A DNA stretch of 64,000 bases from Schizosaccharomyces osmophilus. Its lineage: Eukaryota. A model generated the notes under the pieces. The model was given only the letters and a program-made list of their open reading frames with translations, had not been told where the DNA came from and ran no database searches. The position numbers and the translations under genes were made by a program. This document shows, one piece after another, positions 11,068 through 22,053 of the stretch. The stretch covers positions 1,612,001 through 1,676,000 of the forward strand of contig NC_079238.1 in NCBI RefSeq assembly GCF_027921745.1, written 5' to 3'. Each line of letters starts with the position of its first letter. Positions within the stretch are counted from its first letter, which is position 1.

Positions 11068-12126
11068 TTAAGACACGTCAGCAATTCCTCCGGGTGTGAT
11101 AATGTAACTACACTCTGCTTCAGGCATATCAGGGGAATCGTTGAGTTTTGCAACACGCTCTTCTCCCCGTCCTTTTCTCAAAAGCAGGCGTGTAGCACTG
11201 GCATGTGCCATGACATGGCCACCGACCGGTTTACGATCGTTGGAAGCAAACATGAGAGCGGCACCAGGGTCTGCTTGAACTTGATTCGTGACAAACACGG
11301 CTACATTGAATTCCTCTGAAATGTGGTTTAACCGGGCTAACATGATATTTAGTTTTTGCTGGCGCTCTGACAGTTCACCTCTTCCAGAGTAATCTACTCG
11401 GAAAAGCGCCATAATGGAATCAACAATGAGAAGTCGATATTGACCATCCTCGGCGAAGATAGTTCCCAATCTCGTAATATAGTCCATTTGCTGTTCAGAA
11501 TTGTAGGCGCGACTAACGATTATGTTTTCCATTGTTTGATCAGGATCCAAGCCATAACGATCAGCAATTGCTTTGATACGATCAGGGCGGAATGTTCCTT
11601 CAGTATCAATAAAGGCTACTTTTCCTTCTGCGCCGCCCATATCCTTAGGAAGTTGTGCCGCAACACAAAGGGTATGAGACATTTGTGTTTTTCCGCATCT
11701 GAATTCACCAAACACTTCTGTGATACTCATGGACTGAATTCCGCCTCCTAGAATACCATTCAATGCTTCCGAGCCAGTGGAAATGTTCCATACTCGCTTA
11801 CGAGTTTGACTAATTTCCATTGCCGTAGCAAAATTCACCGGGCACATCTTTGAAGCCGCTTCTTTGAGCTTATCTACTTTTGCTTCACTGAATCCTTTGA
11901 TTTTTAATAAGAATCTCTTGGTAGACATGTGGACTCCCTGTACGGTGCAGATTCCAGACTGTTTAAGACGAACAATATCAGTCATTCCAATACCTTGAGA
12001 GAAAATTTGTTAGCGTCTCTAGTAAATTTTCTCTTGAAACATACCATGAGAAGTTAATTCTTCAATATCGCTGAAGGCCATTTGGTCTTCGCCAGCCGTG
12101 TCAACAATGTCTGTAATAGCACTCAT
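11068..12126 (-). CDS. dmc1: Meiotic RecA-family recombinase Dmc1 (exons 12126-12045, 11993-11068)
   Basis: Walker [54 protein letters not shown]. Confidence 0.95.
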
Positions 12127-12212
12127 TTTTGTTTAAATATAGCAATCTATGAACAATTGGTTTACTGAATATACTAAAGATCTGTTTGAAGGATGCTTTA
12201 GAAATAAATATT

Positions 12213-12465
12213 CGCGTTTCAAGTGTTATGAGAAACGCAAATTCAGGACGCGCTCTATATAACATAATTCTAAATCGGAATTATACGATATAGGCCACAT
12301 AAATACACATATTTCTTTTAGATTCGAAAGATTAGTATTTTTATGTATTCATTATACTATATATGCGCACTACATGCACGCGTATACGGCAAACTTTTGT
12401 TTCCATTATTCAGACGCGTCGCGTAAACAAACTTTTTTGGTCGAATATGGTGACTTTACGCGCTG
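12213..12465. promoter_or_regulatory. dmc1 upstream MCB (ACGCGT) cluster plus a FLEX/forkhead site
   Basis: ACGCGT at 12378-12383 and 12414-12419, further CGCG cores nearby, and GTAAACAAA at 12423-12431. Confidence 0.7.
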
Positions 12466-12628
12466 AATGGGATAAAACATTAAATTTACAAGTATAAACA
12501 TTTCTTTTGCATTTATTTCTGCTTCTATACCTCTATATATATATATATATTAAATCGCCTTTACTGAGTAAACATTTGAACGAAATGGAAAATATAGATA
12601 ATACAACAAAGTCTATGAAAGCAAGTAA

Positions 12629-13573
12629 CTAATCGGTTCCAATTGTAGAAAGTGCAAATTTATACATGTCAAGGAAAGATTCCGGGGAGGGGGAATGCAT
12701 GTCTCCGTCATAAAGTTTGTTCATACAATTCAAAAGGAGCTTTTGCTTCATATATTCTGCGGAAGCACTAGAAAGAGCAGAAGGAACAATGGGATCGTTA
12801 TTCATATAACCCAGAAAAATAGGAATGTTTCTAGCAACCTTTGAAAGATTCTTTGGAAACTCGTGCTCAAGTGGAAGGAAGCCAGAATGGCCCATGATAC
12901 CAGCCAAGCGTTTAGGATATGTCAATCCTGCAAAGAGGGAAACCATACAACCTTTTTATACGTTAGTAATTCACACTTGGAGAGGACTTTTTTAAGGAAA
13001 GCTAGCGAGCAGAAAAATATCTTACCTTGAGAGAAACCTCCGATCAAGATTTTGTCGCTGGAAATTCCTGCAGCAACTTCAGCGTCTATCAATTGGTGAA
13101 GCATGTTGACGCAATGAAGGATCCCTTCTTCATCTTGCTTATTCAAATTATCAAAAGAATATATGTCAAACCTAATGAGGGTATGGATTAGCATTTGACT
13201 TTGTCCTCTGAAAGAAATTTCGTAACCACGTTGAGACATACCAAGAAGGCATTTTGAAGTTATTGTTTGCAGTCACAGGAGCGATTGGTCTGGAAGTTTT
13301 TGTTAATAAACCTGAAAGTTATTTAATGTACGTACGCGTTAGGAAATATCCATTTTACATGACCCATCGACTTGAACTGCTCTGCCATAAATGACCAGCC
13401 ATGACCAGAATCACCAAGACCTAAAGTGTTAAATACTTCTGTTTGCTAAATAGCAAGACACTCAACCATCATTGTGTTAGTATTACTGCCAAAATCATAC
13501 CATGAAGAAAGATGACGGTCGCTTTGTGCGTCAAAGTGGGATTTACGATGGCAGAAGTTAACTTGGAAGCCAT
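12629..13573 (-). CDS. Acyl-protein thioesterase/lysophospholipase, alpha/beta hydrolase (5 exons)
   Basis: Spliced TVIFLHGLGDSG, KWIFPNAP, MPSWFDI, GGFSQG nucleophile elbow, then catalytic-type D (NDPIV) and H (DMHS). Confidence 0.9.
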
Positions 13574-14200
13574 AGTGCTTGTGAATGAGAGAATGTATTA
13601 CAAAAATGGTCTGAAGAAAAAGCTGAAAGTATTTGGTAAAGTACCGTTCCTCTAAATATTTTTTCTTAAAGTACGTTTAAGCTTAATTTCTTTAGCGAGT
13701 GATAGTGACGAATGTTTGGTATTTACATTTAGAGTCTCAAAAAAATCAATAGATAATGTGTATATAAGTTTACAATGAAAGACTTGGGATTCTACCTGCG
13801 TATTCCATATGAAAATACGAACCAACAAACTAAATTCGTATACACCTAACTGGAAATGAACAAAACATGTAATCGATTATCTAGGTAAGTCATTAAACGT
13901 ATAGACATGGAGTGTTGAGAGTCAAAAAGACGTGTATAATTATAAGGACTATTAATAAGGGCTCCATGATGCCCATATTAATAAGGAAAATATGAACAAA
14001 ATAGTAGGAAAGAATAAAAGAGTAGCTTGGGTATCCCGCCCAATAACAAGAAACACATGAATCATAAAAGATTAGTAACAAAAAGGCCAAAGGAAAGCAT
14101 CATTCAAAGCTAAACAATAGTGGAGATTATGAACTGAACCAAAAAATAGGAAAACAAAGATAGAAACGCATTCTTTCAAGGGAAAAAGGGGCGATCCAAG

Positions 14201-15154
14201 TTAACGAGCGGACTTTCGTAAGCGTTTACTAAGCTGCACAAGATCATCTACCACTGTTTCATAAAGTAATTTATCATTCAACGATGAGTCGCGCTTATCA
14301 GTCCAGTACTGTGCTAGAGCAGTGGCCTCTGAAACGTATTGCTTCAACATTTCTATATGCTCGACTAGAGCATCGGGAGATCGAGATGCAAGTACTTCCT
14401 GGGTAGTACAACATAGACGTCGAGCAACTGTGTAATTGAATGAGGGCTCGTTTTCTAACTGCGTAGTAGAAGTCGAGATTTTAAGGATATTTTTGAAAGA
14501 AGAAGAAGTAGAAGAAGCCGGAAAGTTCGATTGTGTTGGTAACAACTCGTCCAAATCAACTGGCAGCCCCATAGAGACCAAAAAGATATGTCGAATGCTG
14601 GAGCGTAACCAGTCGGGCCGTTGAAGGACGGGCATTTCAATGAGTTTATCCCATAACGATAAGATCCTTGCGAGATCAAGAGGTGATTCGGGAAGAGGTT
14701 CGGGGTCTTTAGGAGGACCAAACAAAGCGTGAACAGAAGCTTCAAAATTCTCAAACCAATGATCTCCCTCGAAAGTCGCAATAGGAGCCTCTATCTCCAC
14801 TTCGCCGAATTCGCCAAAATCATCAAAATCATTACTTTCCTCTAATATATGTTCTTCTGCTTCATAAGTTAAGCTTGGTAGTTCGTTCTCTCCTGTTGGA
14901 CTGTCCTTATGGTTTGCTTCTCCCTCCATTGCATTCGGCTCGTCCGTTTCGAAAGGTTGAAACTCATCTACGGGAGAAGCAGTATTTGTCTCATTCGTCT
15001 CTTGCAAAGAATCCCTGCTTTGCTTTTCTGTCAAATCCTTATGGTTTGCATTTTCAGGATTCATACTAGTGGGAAACGGTTCAAAGTCGGAATCCTCATT
15101 TTGGCTATGTTCTTCGTCTAAAGACCGTCGAAAAGACGAAGTATCGAGATTCAT
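14201..15154 (-). CDS. Conserved fungal acidic protein with DDFGEF motifs (DUF5102-like, possible clathrin-adaptor binder)
   Basis: 317 aa with FDDFGEFGE and PDWLRSSIRHIFLVSMGLPVDLDELLP. Family assignment is from memory and synteny. Confidence 0.75.
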   Translation of the reverse strand: MNLDTSSFRRSLDEEHSQNEDSDFEPFPTSMNPENANHKDLTEKQSRDSLQETNETNTASPVDEFQPFETDEPNAMEGEANHKDSPTGENELPSLTYEAEEHILEESNDFDDFGEFGEVEIEAPIATFEGDHWFENFEASVHALFGPPKDPEPLPESPLDLARILSLWDKLIEMPVLQRPDWLRSSIRHIFLVSMGLPVDLDELLPTQSNFPASSTSSSFKNILKISTSTTQLENEPSFNYTVARRLCCTTQEVLASRSPDALVEHIEMLKQYVSEATALAQYWTDKRDSSLNDKLLYETVVDDLVQLSKRLRKSAR

Positions 15155-15943
15155 AAGAATACAGACAAAAGACCTTGACGATTCTGTCTGCAGGTAAAGT
15201 ACGCGTGTTCGTTTACCAAATTAGGAGATGGAAGGAAACAATGCTAGTTGAATTCAATTCTATGTTGAAGTACGGTGAATTTACATAAACAATCTTAAAT
15301 CATCTCATTATTTTTTTAGAATTGTAAACAAAGAACTGTGATAATATAAACAAACAGATACAGTACGCGATAGAATGTCCTTTTCCATGGTTGATGATTT
15401 TCTTTCCTTTTCTCTTTTTGATTCAATAAAACTAGAACAAAAAACTTTGGGCTTTCGTTGCATGTTTCACCATTATTAATTGTATTAGCGGTAGAAGGGT
15501 TGCAGAATATATATTCAATTTGTAATCATTTTTGAGGGTTTGTAATAGAATTTTGTCATTTCAATGGATCAGGAAATCCCATTCGAAACACGTTGGTTTG
15601 TCAAGTAAGTAGGAAACGGGAATTGGCGTGAAATTGCCTAAATTGTTATTTACTTATTGATTCCTATACTACAAGTGATACATCAAAGTAGACGATATCA
15701 TAACCATTTGTTAAAGTTGCTCGTCAGTAGAAAGCGATTTCAATTCAAGTTGAAAAGCTTTGCTTTAATGAGAATCAGTTGTCATTCACAACGTTCAATG
15801 GAATGGAAATCAATAAGCTTGTAGGGAATTTTGATAGCTATAAAAGAGTGGGAAAAATCTATAAGAAAAAAAAAGCACATTCCAAAGGATAAGATAAAAA
15901 CTTAAAAAAGAGAGAGTGGATTCGTTCAATTACGAGGAAATAT

Positions 15944-16460
15944 CTAAGCATGTCCATTTTTAGGGGCATCGCTGGATTGCTCCTTTTCTAAGACTTCCTT
16001 GGCCGTGTCAAGGACGGATTTGGCGGACTCCAATTCGGGCAGACCCTCATAGACTGGGTTATCAACGATGGATTGAAGGTCTTCTGAAGCTTGTTGTAAG
16101 CGATTGAGAGCATCTGGAAGAGCACGAAGATGATGCTTCAACACAAATTTCTACTCGATGGTTAAATTTCAACTACTTTTGGAGATGGTATGAACCCAAT
16201 GTATCATGGAAAACGGTTGGATGGGAACCCTGTCTATCCGGATAAATCATCACATACCTGGTGCTCCACTTCATGCTCGTCTTCCTGATTGTTGATGCGA
16301 GTCTGCACGCGTTCCTTGGCGTCTTGAATATCGACGTGGACAACCTGGAATTTGGTCAGCAAACTTGTTTTGTGGTTTTGACACTACATACTTGGACATC
16401 CTTCAGAATACGTTTTACGACATTTGTTTTAATGTTGACAACTCTACTTGGGTTTGACAT
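15944..16460 (-). CDS. alp31: Tubulin-folding cofactor A (3 exons)
   Basis: Spliced MSNPSRVVNIKTNVVKRILKDVQ..EDEHEVEHQKFVLKHHLRALPDALNRL; the IKTNVVKR motif is typical of TBCA/Rbl2. Confidence 0.88.
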
Positions 16461-17970
16461 CTTGGTTTCCGTTTGAATTAAAAAGACTATGGGAAAAGGA
16501 TCGAAAACGAGGAACTTGAGAAGAAGTAACAGGATACCCAGATGAGACTAGGCCAAGACTTTAAGACGGCATGCAAGGAGGATGCAAGCGTGAAATAGAA
16601 ACCTGATTTGCATAAAACGCTCCTTGAAAGAAAAAAGAAAAACAAGACACGACGTTTTGCTATTGGTGTTTCTAGCGTCTTGGGTTCTACTGAAGACTTC
16701 CCTCGAGATTGGATGAAAAAGTCTTTCCCCAAAACCAAAAAATCAGTAGCTATCGACTTTTCAAAAAGAAAAGGCAAACCTTCCAACAAATACTTGCCCC
16801 AGCGTTTGTTTGGGTTTCTACTCAACAAAACGAATCCTTGTTTACTATGGTCGTAGAACGAGCTCCAATATCTATACTTACGAATGGAAGGAATCTCCCA
16901 ATTCCAATTCCAATTTCGCCAAAGCGATCGAAATAGTCAATCCTATACATCCTGTACAATTATACACATTCACAGTTTGTCTATGTTTCCATAAACAAAC
17001 AAAAAGAATACTACGCCGGTTGACTGTAAAACTTCGACTTTACAGATGATAACATTAGCATTACCTACAAGGACCTTGATCTGATAAGAATCGACTCCCC
17101 CAAGAGACGATGAAATGAGTAAGAGAAGAGAAGAGAAAAAGGGAGAGGTTCTCGCAGACAAGAACAGCATAGAAAACCACAAGCCAATTCGGAATCCTGT
17201 TCGCTTGGAGTTCTCCTAGGGACGACGAAAAAATTACACATCAGTCATCTCGCTTCTTTGGCTTTGTGATACCGTAAACAAATATTCCCATCGTAGTAAA
17301 CGAATGGTCCATGAATTTCGTACACTTGGAGAAGTCCATGTAGCATGATTTAAACGGTTTTGGCTGCTTTGTTTTTCTTTTTCTTTGTAGATGCCAATGA
17401 TTGTAAGGATGTGCTGGTACTTCTATCACTTTGAGAGGATTGAGGTTTGGCTGCATTTTGCTCTCTGGAGTTGTTTTCACAACGACTTGACGCCATTGGG
17501 AGGAAAAAAAATAAAAAACATCTGTATTTGGTTATGTACGATACAGTGTTTCCATGATCATTTGGGATCTATGCACAAAGAAAATCCGGCTTCTTTGTAG
17601 ATGGTCTTATTTTTCAATTTTGTACTTTTATAAATATAAAATTTTACCTTTTTCCCCTCCGAGTAATATTAAATTGACGTTCTTGTGAAGCCTTCTGGGA
17701 GGTTTGTTGTAAGCAAAGAACAAACCTTGATTCCTCTGCTCTGAACATAGAGTCCAATAATTCTGGTGTTTCTTTTGTTTCTCTTTTTGTATCAAGGTTC
17801 AATTACAAAGGGAATAAAATTGCGATTCCTTTGCTTTCATCACTCTTTTTCAAAGTTTTCACCTTTACTCAAGTATTCTAGATTTATAAATTGAATCCTT
17901 GTCTTCTTGTAATCTACATACTTGTAATTAAGTTTGGTTCCTTGCTGTTAACTACTTCCTACTTTCTATC

Positions 17971-18741
17971 ATGTCGCTTTCTATGTTTTCATTAAAGGGT
18001 AAGACCTCTATTGTCACGGGTGGATCCGGCGGAATCGGATTTGCTATTGCAAAATCCTTGGCCGCCGCTGGCTCTAATGTCGGTCTCTTGTACGGCGGAA
18101 ACAAAAAGGCTCTCGACTATGCCCGCGAGCTCCGCGAAACCTATCATGTGAAATCTGAAGCCTACTCTTGCTCTATCGAAAAGCGCAATGCTGTCCTTGA
18201 AACTACTAACCAGGCAGTCAAGGAACTCGGAGGCCGTCTCGACATCATGGTTGCCAATGCCGGAATCGCCATTCCACATCTTGCCTTGGAAGACGAAAAC
18301 GAAGACATTTGGACAAAGGTTGTTAACGTGAACTTGAATGGCGCCTATTACACCGCACAAGCTGCTGGCCATCACTTCAAGAATCAAGGCAGCGGCAGCT
18401 TGATTTTCACTGCCAGTATGAGTGGTCATATCGCCAATTGGCCTCAGCAATGGGCTTCCTACCATGCTACCAAGGGTGCTGTCAAGCATCTTTCTCGTGC
18501 TCTTGCTGTCGAATGGGCTCCCTTTGCCAGAGTCAATTCGGTCTCTCCCGGATATATTGATACTGACTTGACTCTCTATGCGGACGAAAAGCTCCGTAAG
18601 CAATGGAAAGATTTAACTCCTCAAGGCCGCATTGGATTGCCTGAAGAATTGGTCGGTGCTTACGTTTATCTCGCCTCAGATGCCAGTTCCTATTGCACAG
18701 GCACGGATATTGTCGTCGACGGTGGCTACGTCTCCCGTTAA
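17971..18741 (+). CDS. Short-chain dehydrogenase/reductase (sorbose reductase/NADP-mannitol dehydrogenase type)
   Basis: TGGSGGIG Rossmann motif, VANAG, ASMSG, YHATK catalytic motif, RVNSVSPGYIDT. Confidence 0.92.
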   Translation: MSLSMFSLKGKTSIVTGGSGGIGFAIAKSLAAAGSNVGLLYGGNKKALDYARELRETYHVKSEAYSCSIEKRNAVLETTNQAVKELGGRLDIMVANAGIAIPHLALEDENEDIWTKVVNVNLNGAYYTAQAAGHHFKNQGSGSLIFTASMSGHIANWPQQWASYHATKGAVKHLSRALAVEWAPFARVNSVSPGYIDTDLTLYADEKLRKQWKDLTPQGRIGLPEELVGAYVYLASDASSYCTGTDIVVDGGYVSR

Positions 18742-19243
18742 TAATTTTCTTTCTAAACAACTGCGGGTTTCCCACCACTACTCGGCAAAAGGTTCGTTGT
18801 TCACCTTTACTTGGCTTCGCTGATACTTCTTAATTTGTCCAGTGTTGATGTTGAAACGTGTTTGATATTTTTCTATTTTTTTTTAGATCTCTTTTGTCTT
18901 TTCTTTTAATTATGTAGATACTTGGTTCTCTCTAGATAATGAACAATGATGCTTTCAAGGTTTCCAATTCCAGCTGTAGTCTTCATTTCTTTGTCCATAT
19001 TTTGTTATACATCTGTCCTTTTTCCATTCTTTCTTAATTTTTATAATGTACGCCTATGTTTTCCATTCCTTTTCGGGGCCATTAATTCCCTTTCCTTGGG
19101 TAGCAACTACATAGGATTTTTCCTTTTTCCTTTTTCTATTTGTATTCTCTAAATCATTTCATTTTGCTATTTTCCTATTCAACTACTTTTTCTCTCGCGT
19201 CTGTATTTCCTACCCAAAGCAATATCGCTCACCATCCATCATA

Positions 19244-20317
19244 ATGGAAGTCCCCATTATCGCAGATTCTGACACTTTTCAAGAGTCCCCTGAATCCTTG
19301 CAACTCATCGAAGCTGCTAAGCAATTGGACCTAGCAAAGGTACAGGAAATGGTTGATCAGGGCGCCGTTACTGCTGCTTTAGACGTTGACAGTGGGAAAA
19401 ACGCTTTGCATTTCGTGGCCTTAAACGCCAATGCAGAAAACGAAAAGAAGGCTGTGGAACTTGCCAAATGGATGTTAGGTAACGGTGGAGTTTGGAATGG
19501 CATCGATAAATCTGGTGAAACACCTGGTTGCATTGCTCGCCGCAAAAATCTGAACGAACTCTACGAGACAATTGTCGACGCAGGCGTCCGCTGCGAGTTA
19601 CTTCTTTCTCTTATCGAAAGAAAAGACAAAGTCAATGAACGCCTGGACACCAATGAAAAGTACTTACAGAGCACTCTTTCATACACGCAACCTACTGAAG
19701 ACAGTAATAGTCTTCTTGACAGCGATGCAAACGCTGTCATGATGTCTTGGGAAAAGAAAATCATGCAACGATCTGCAGAGATCATTGCATCGAAACCTGG
19801 TTGCCGTGTCTTAAACGTTGGTTTTGGGTTGGGCATCATCGACACTTTTCTACAAGAAAGGCAGCCATCTTTACATGTAATTATCGAGCCCCACCCCCAT
19901 GTACTAGCCTTTATGCGGAAAACCGGCTGGATGGATCGTCCAAATGTTGTTGTTTATGAGACTACTTGGGAAAGCGCTATTCAGGACATTGCTTCCAAAT
20001 ACGTCTTCGATGGTATCTACTACGACGCCTTTGCTGAAAGCTACGAAGATTTACGAAATTTTTTCGATTCGGCAGTTGGTATTTTAGATCCTGATACTGA
20101 TTCTAAGCTTTCCTTTTTCAATGGTTTGGGCGCTGATAATCAGACCTTCTACGATGTCTACAAAAAGTTAGTTCCTATAGATCTTACCTCCTTCGGCTTT
20201 AACTGTACCTACGAAGTTATGCCAACAAGCAGTGCAGAGGACGAGTGGGAGGGTGCAAAGCGTCGTTATTGGAATGTCGTTGATTACTTTCTTCCTGTCA
20301 TTACATTCGACTTGTAA
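19244..20317 (+). CDS. rmt2: Protein arginine N-methyltransferase Rmt2 (ankyrin-like + SAM-MTase)
   Basis: [52 protein letters not shown]. Confidence 0.92.
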   Translation: MEVPIIADSDTFQESPESLQLIEAAKQLDLAKVQEMVDQGAVTAALDVDSGKNALHFVALNANAENEKKAVELAKWMLGNGGVWNGIDKSGETPGCIARRKNLNELYETIVDAGVRCELLLSLIERKDKVNERLDTNEKYLQSTLSYTQPTEDSNSLLDSDANAVMMSWEKKIMQRSAEIIASKPGCRVLNVGFGLGIIDTFLQERQPSLHVIIEPHPHVLAFMRKTGWMDRPNVVVYETTWESAIQDIASKYVFDGIYYDAFAESYEDLRNFFDSAVGILDPDTDSKLSFFNGLGADNQTFYDVYKKLVPIDLTSFGFNCTYEVMPTSSAEDEWEGAKRRYWNVVDYFLPVITFDL

Positions 20318-20836
20318 ATGGTCAATATAGTTGTCATATATGTTTTAATATTTTGAATAAGATAGGGGTATACACGGTTCATTCGTTGAGTGTAGTCATA
20401 ACAAATTGAGAGATGGATTAGCTAATTGTATAGACATTGCCGCTGGATGCTTTCCAAGAGGAAAATACTCGCTTGTCTGAGTTTACATGAGCATGTAGCC
20501 GTTTATTTTTTTTCTATATTATACAAACTGTACAACCTAAATAAGAGAAAACTTCATAAATTTTGATTCCACAGGTCATGGACAAGAAGGTCAATTCTTT
20601 AAACCTCGCATACTGAGCTAATAGATACATACAAAAATAAGCTTGCAATGAATACAGCATCATGCGTAAAAAGCTACGCGAAGTAAAAGGTAATTAACCT
20701 GCAAATTCGTGCGCTTAAACGAACACTTTACATAAACGTACGTTGGACGAAAACAAAACAAGTAAATATAAACGAATCATGGACAACATTCACATCATTT
20801 TTCTAGTAACGTTTCTAAATTTGCTGGAGCAATACA

Positions 20837-21871
20837 TTAGAATTCACTTAATAAAGATTCAATTGCACCTTGAACATTACCACCGCTTCGACGAAGGGCA
20901 CGAACATTACGCTCAAAGTCAACAAATCCCATTTCGTTAAGTTGACTTAATTGCTGAGCGTAAAGCTCTTCAGGAGGTTGAGTGCTCTGAGTTGGAGCAG
21001 CCGTGGCAGCAGGACTGGCTCCACCTCCCATACCGCCACCAGAAAGGTTGTTTAGCAAGCCTTGAATTGTGCTCGCAGCCGAGTTTGGATCAACAGATTC
21101 ATCAGTGGCTCCAGGACCGCCGGCGGGATTTAGATTACCTAAACCACCCATACCACCTAAACCGCCTAAGCTGCCTAAGCTACCAGGACCAGAACCACCC
21201 ATCAAACTCGATGGGTCTATACCAGCAGCACCCAGTTGTTGTTGCATTTGAGCCATTTGGCGCATAGTATCTGGATCTGTCATGGCACGTCGGAACTCTG
21301 GAGACTGCATCATTTGACGTACATAAGGAGGAGCATTGCGGAGATGAGGACTACTGTTGATGATCATGTCCAGCATCTGAGGATTGGAGAACATTTCGTT
21401 AATGGATGACTGAACCATTGGATTTGACAGCATGTTGGCAAGGTCATCGGTGGATGGAGGTACAGGGTTTTCAGGATTAGGACCAAACATGGAAGCAGAA
21501 GGGAGGGGTATATTGTATCCAGCATAACGAGCACTTGTGAGATTGGCTAATGGGTCGTTTGCGCCTTGTCCTGCCTGAATATTTGTTGGTACTTGTTGTG
21601 TGCGATCCTGAACATTACTGGCAGCTGCTGTAGGATTCTGCCCTAAAGAACGAACCAAGTGGACACTTTGGCCATCTTGAACTTTATAAGTTTTTAAAGA
21701 TTCTTCATCTTTCAAAACACGTCCAGCGTAAATTAGTCTTTGGCGTTCAACCTCAACATTAGCTACAGGTGCTATAGCCTGCTTCAAATTTGTAACGCTA
21801 GATTCACTGTCAACAGTAACAGTGTACTTTTGATCATTCGCAGCTTTAATCGTTAACGAGATGTTTGTCAT
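20837..21871 (-). CDS. dsk2: UBL-STI1-UBA ubiquitin receptor Dsk2 (ubiquilin; Dph1)
   Basis: N-terminal UBL (QRLIYAGRVLKD), Met/Pro/Asn-rich middle, C-terminal UBA (QLSQLNEMGF..RRSGGNVQGAIESL). Confidence 0.93.
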   Translation of the reverse strand: MTNISLTIKAANDQKYTVTVDSESSVTNLKQAIAPVANVEVERQRLIYAGRVLKDEESLKTYKVQDGQSVHLVRSLGQNPTAAASNVQDRTQQVPTNIQAGQGANDPLANLTSARYAGYNIPLPSASMFGPNPENPVPPSTDDLANMLSNPMVQSSINEMFSNPQMLDMIINSSPHLRNAPPYVRQMMQSPEFRRAMTDPDTMRQMAQMQQQLGAAGIDPSSLMGGSGPGSLGSLGGLGGMGGLGNLNPAGGPGATDESVDPNSAASTIQGLLNNLSGGGMGGGASPAATAAPTQSTQPPEELYAQQLSQLNEMGFVDFERNVRALRRSGGNVQGAIESLLSEF

Positions 21872-22053
21872 CTTAGTTGCACTTGGTATGTTTTAATCTT
21901 CTATAATTCTCTCTAAGATGACAAGTTTCGGGGTTTGGTCCTTTAACTCCGACAAGTAAGAGCCCGATATATCACCGAAGTTTACCGGACGTAGAGGAAG
22001 ACATCACATAGGCAACGTGAAGGAAACACTGCGAATTTCAAACCCTAGCTACA

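Noticed and set aside
16151..16257. C-box-like GTGATGA at the start of alp31 intron 2 (possible C/D snoRNA)
   Set aside because: It overlaps the 5' splice site and there is no CTGA D box or terminal stem downstream in the intron.
16487..17600. Several 70-113-aa ORFs between alp31 and the SDR gene
   Set aside because: Overlapping, low-complexity, mostly non-ATG starts with no homology cues; consistent with a long promoter region.
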